Shown here piece after piece: positions 63,431 to 64,000 of a stretch of DNA of 64,000 bases (the stretch's first letter is position 1; the number at the start of each line of letters is the position of its first letter). Location of the stretch: the NCBI GenBank assembly GCA_016183535.1, contig JACPEK010000002.1, positions 1,382 through 65,381 on the forward strand. Direction: 5' to 3'. The position numbers and the translations under genes are program-made. The stretch comes from Candidatus Brennerbacteria bacterium (GTDB lineage: Bacteria > Patescibacteriota > Minisyncoccia > UBA6257 > GWB1-50-10). The notes beneath the pieces were generated by a model. It was not told where the DNA came from. It made no database searches and was given only the letters and a program-made list of their open reading frames with translations.

Positions 63431-64000
63431 ATGATGAATAATAATAAAGTGGAAAAATTCTATTTTGGAGCTTCGTCGAGCGCTCACCAAGCGGAGGGAG
63501 GGCAGAGGAATGATTGGTCGGAATGGGAAATAAGAACCGCAACAGGCAAAGCGCACAACGCAAGGAACCGTCCGCCGACCGGCGGATGGCCGGCATACAT
63601 CCTCGAACGCCATCCCAATCCGCTCGAAGAGACAAATTACGTTGCGGGGCGTGCGGCGGATCACTGGCATCGCTATGAAGAGGATTTCGACCTCGCAAAA
63701 GAACTCGGCCACACCGCGCACCGCTTTTCGATCGAGTGGTCGCGCGTGGAGCCGGAAGAAGGCAGGTTCGACGAGCGCGCCCTCGCGCATTACCGCGACG
63801 TCGTCCGTGCCCTCCGCGCGCGTGGCATGGAGCCTTTCGTCACGCTGTGGCATTGGCCTTTACCGCTCTGGCTTGCGCGAAAGGGTGGATGGGAATCCTC
63901 CGCGGCTATCGGCGCTTTTGCAAAGTATGCGGGGCGCGTTGCGGCGTATCTTAAAGACGACGTGAAGTTCTGGATTCCACTCAACGAGCCGGAAATCTAT
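63431..64000 (+). CDS. Glycoside hydrolase family 1 (beta-glucosidase), N-terminal part; continues past the window end
   Basis: Manual translation from the ATG at 63431: ...KFYFGASSSAHQAEGG...FSIEWSRVEP...TLWHWPLPLWL...IPLNEPEIY. These GH1 signatures include the catalytic NEP glutamate. Confidence 0.8.
   Translation, partial: MMNNNKVEKFYFGASSSAHQAEGGQRNDWSEWEIRTATGKAHNARNRPPTGGWPAYILERHPNPLEETNYVAGRAADHWHRYEEDFDLAKELGHTAHRFSIEWSRVEPEEGRFDERALAHYRDVVRALRARGMEPFVTLWHWPLPLWLARKGGWESSAAIGAFAKYAGRVAAYLKDDVKFWIPLNEPEIY

Overview
This 64-kb window looks like a contig from a small-genome, CPR/Patescibacteria-like bacterium (inference). It is gene-dense and GC-rich, and it carries a near-complete str/S10/spc ribosomal-protein superoperon that lacks rpmD (L30) and breaks off after map. 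Core housekeeping genes present: monomeric-type pheS, recG, cca, dnaG-rpoD, alaS, efp, mnmA, split comEC, aspS, ndk, a site-2 protease, rpsL-rpsG-fusA-tuf, rpsJ through rplO, secY, adk, map, topA and dprA. I count nine tRNA genes by eye; one is a composite tRNA-Thr(GGT)/tRNA-Ala(TGC) locus. The accessory half (about 43-64 kb) holds the unusual material: a pilO-like gene next to dprA; a secreted protein made of novel Cys-rich repeats beside a standalone C39-like peptidase; an AT-rich island encoding a full-length LexA fused in frame to a DNA methyltransferase, followed by an HNH endonuclease; a mosaic of small membrane-protein genes with duplicated promoter/terminator cassettes and methyltransferase pseudogene fragments; a 1474-aa phospholipase-C-like/lamin-tail-domain surface protein; a Pif1-like helicase; and a small island around an ArsR-like regulator bracketed by a 36-40-bp perfect-palindrome repeat family. 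That family has 5 copies, one inserted in frame in comEC. Many genes carry a TATAAT/TAGAAT -10 box within 10 nt of the ATG, suggesting leaderless mRNAs. No CRISPR array and no obvious transposase were seen.
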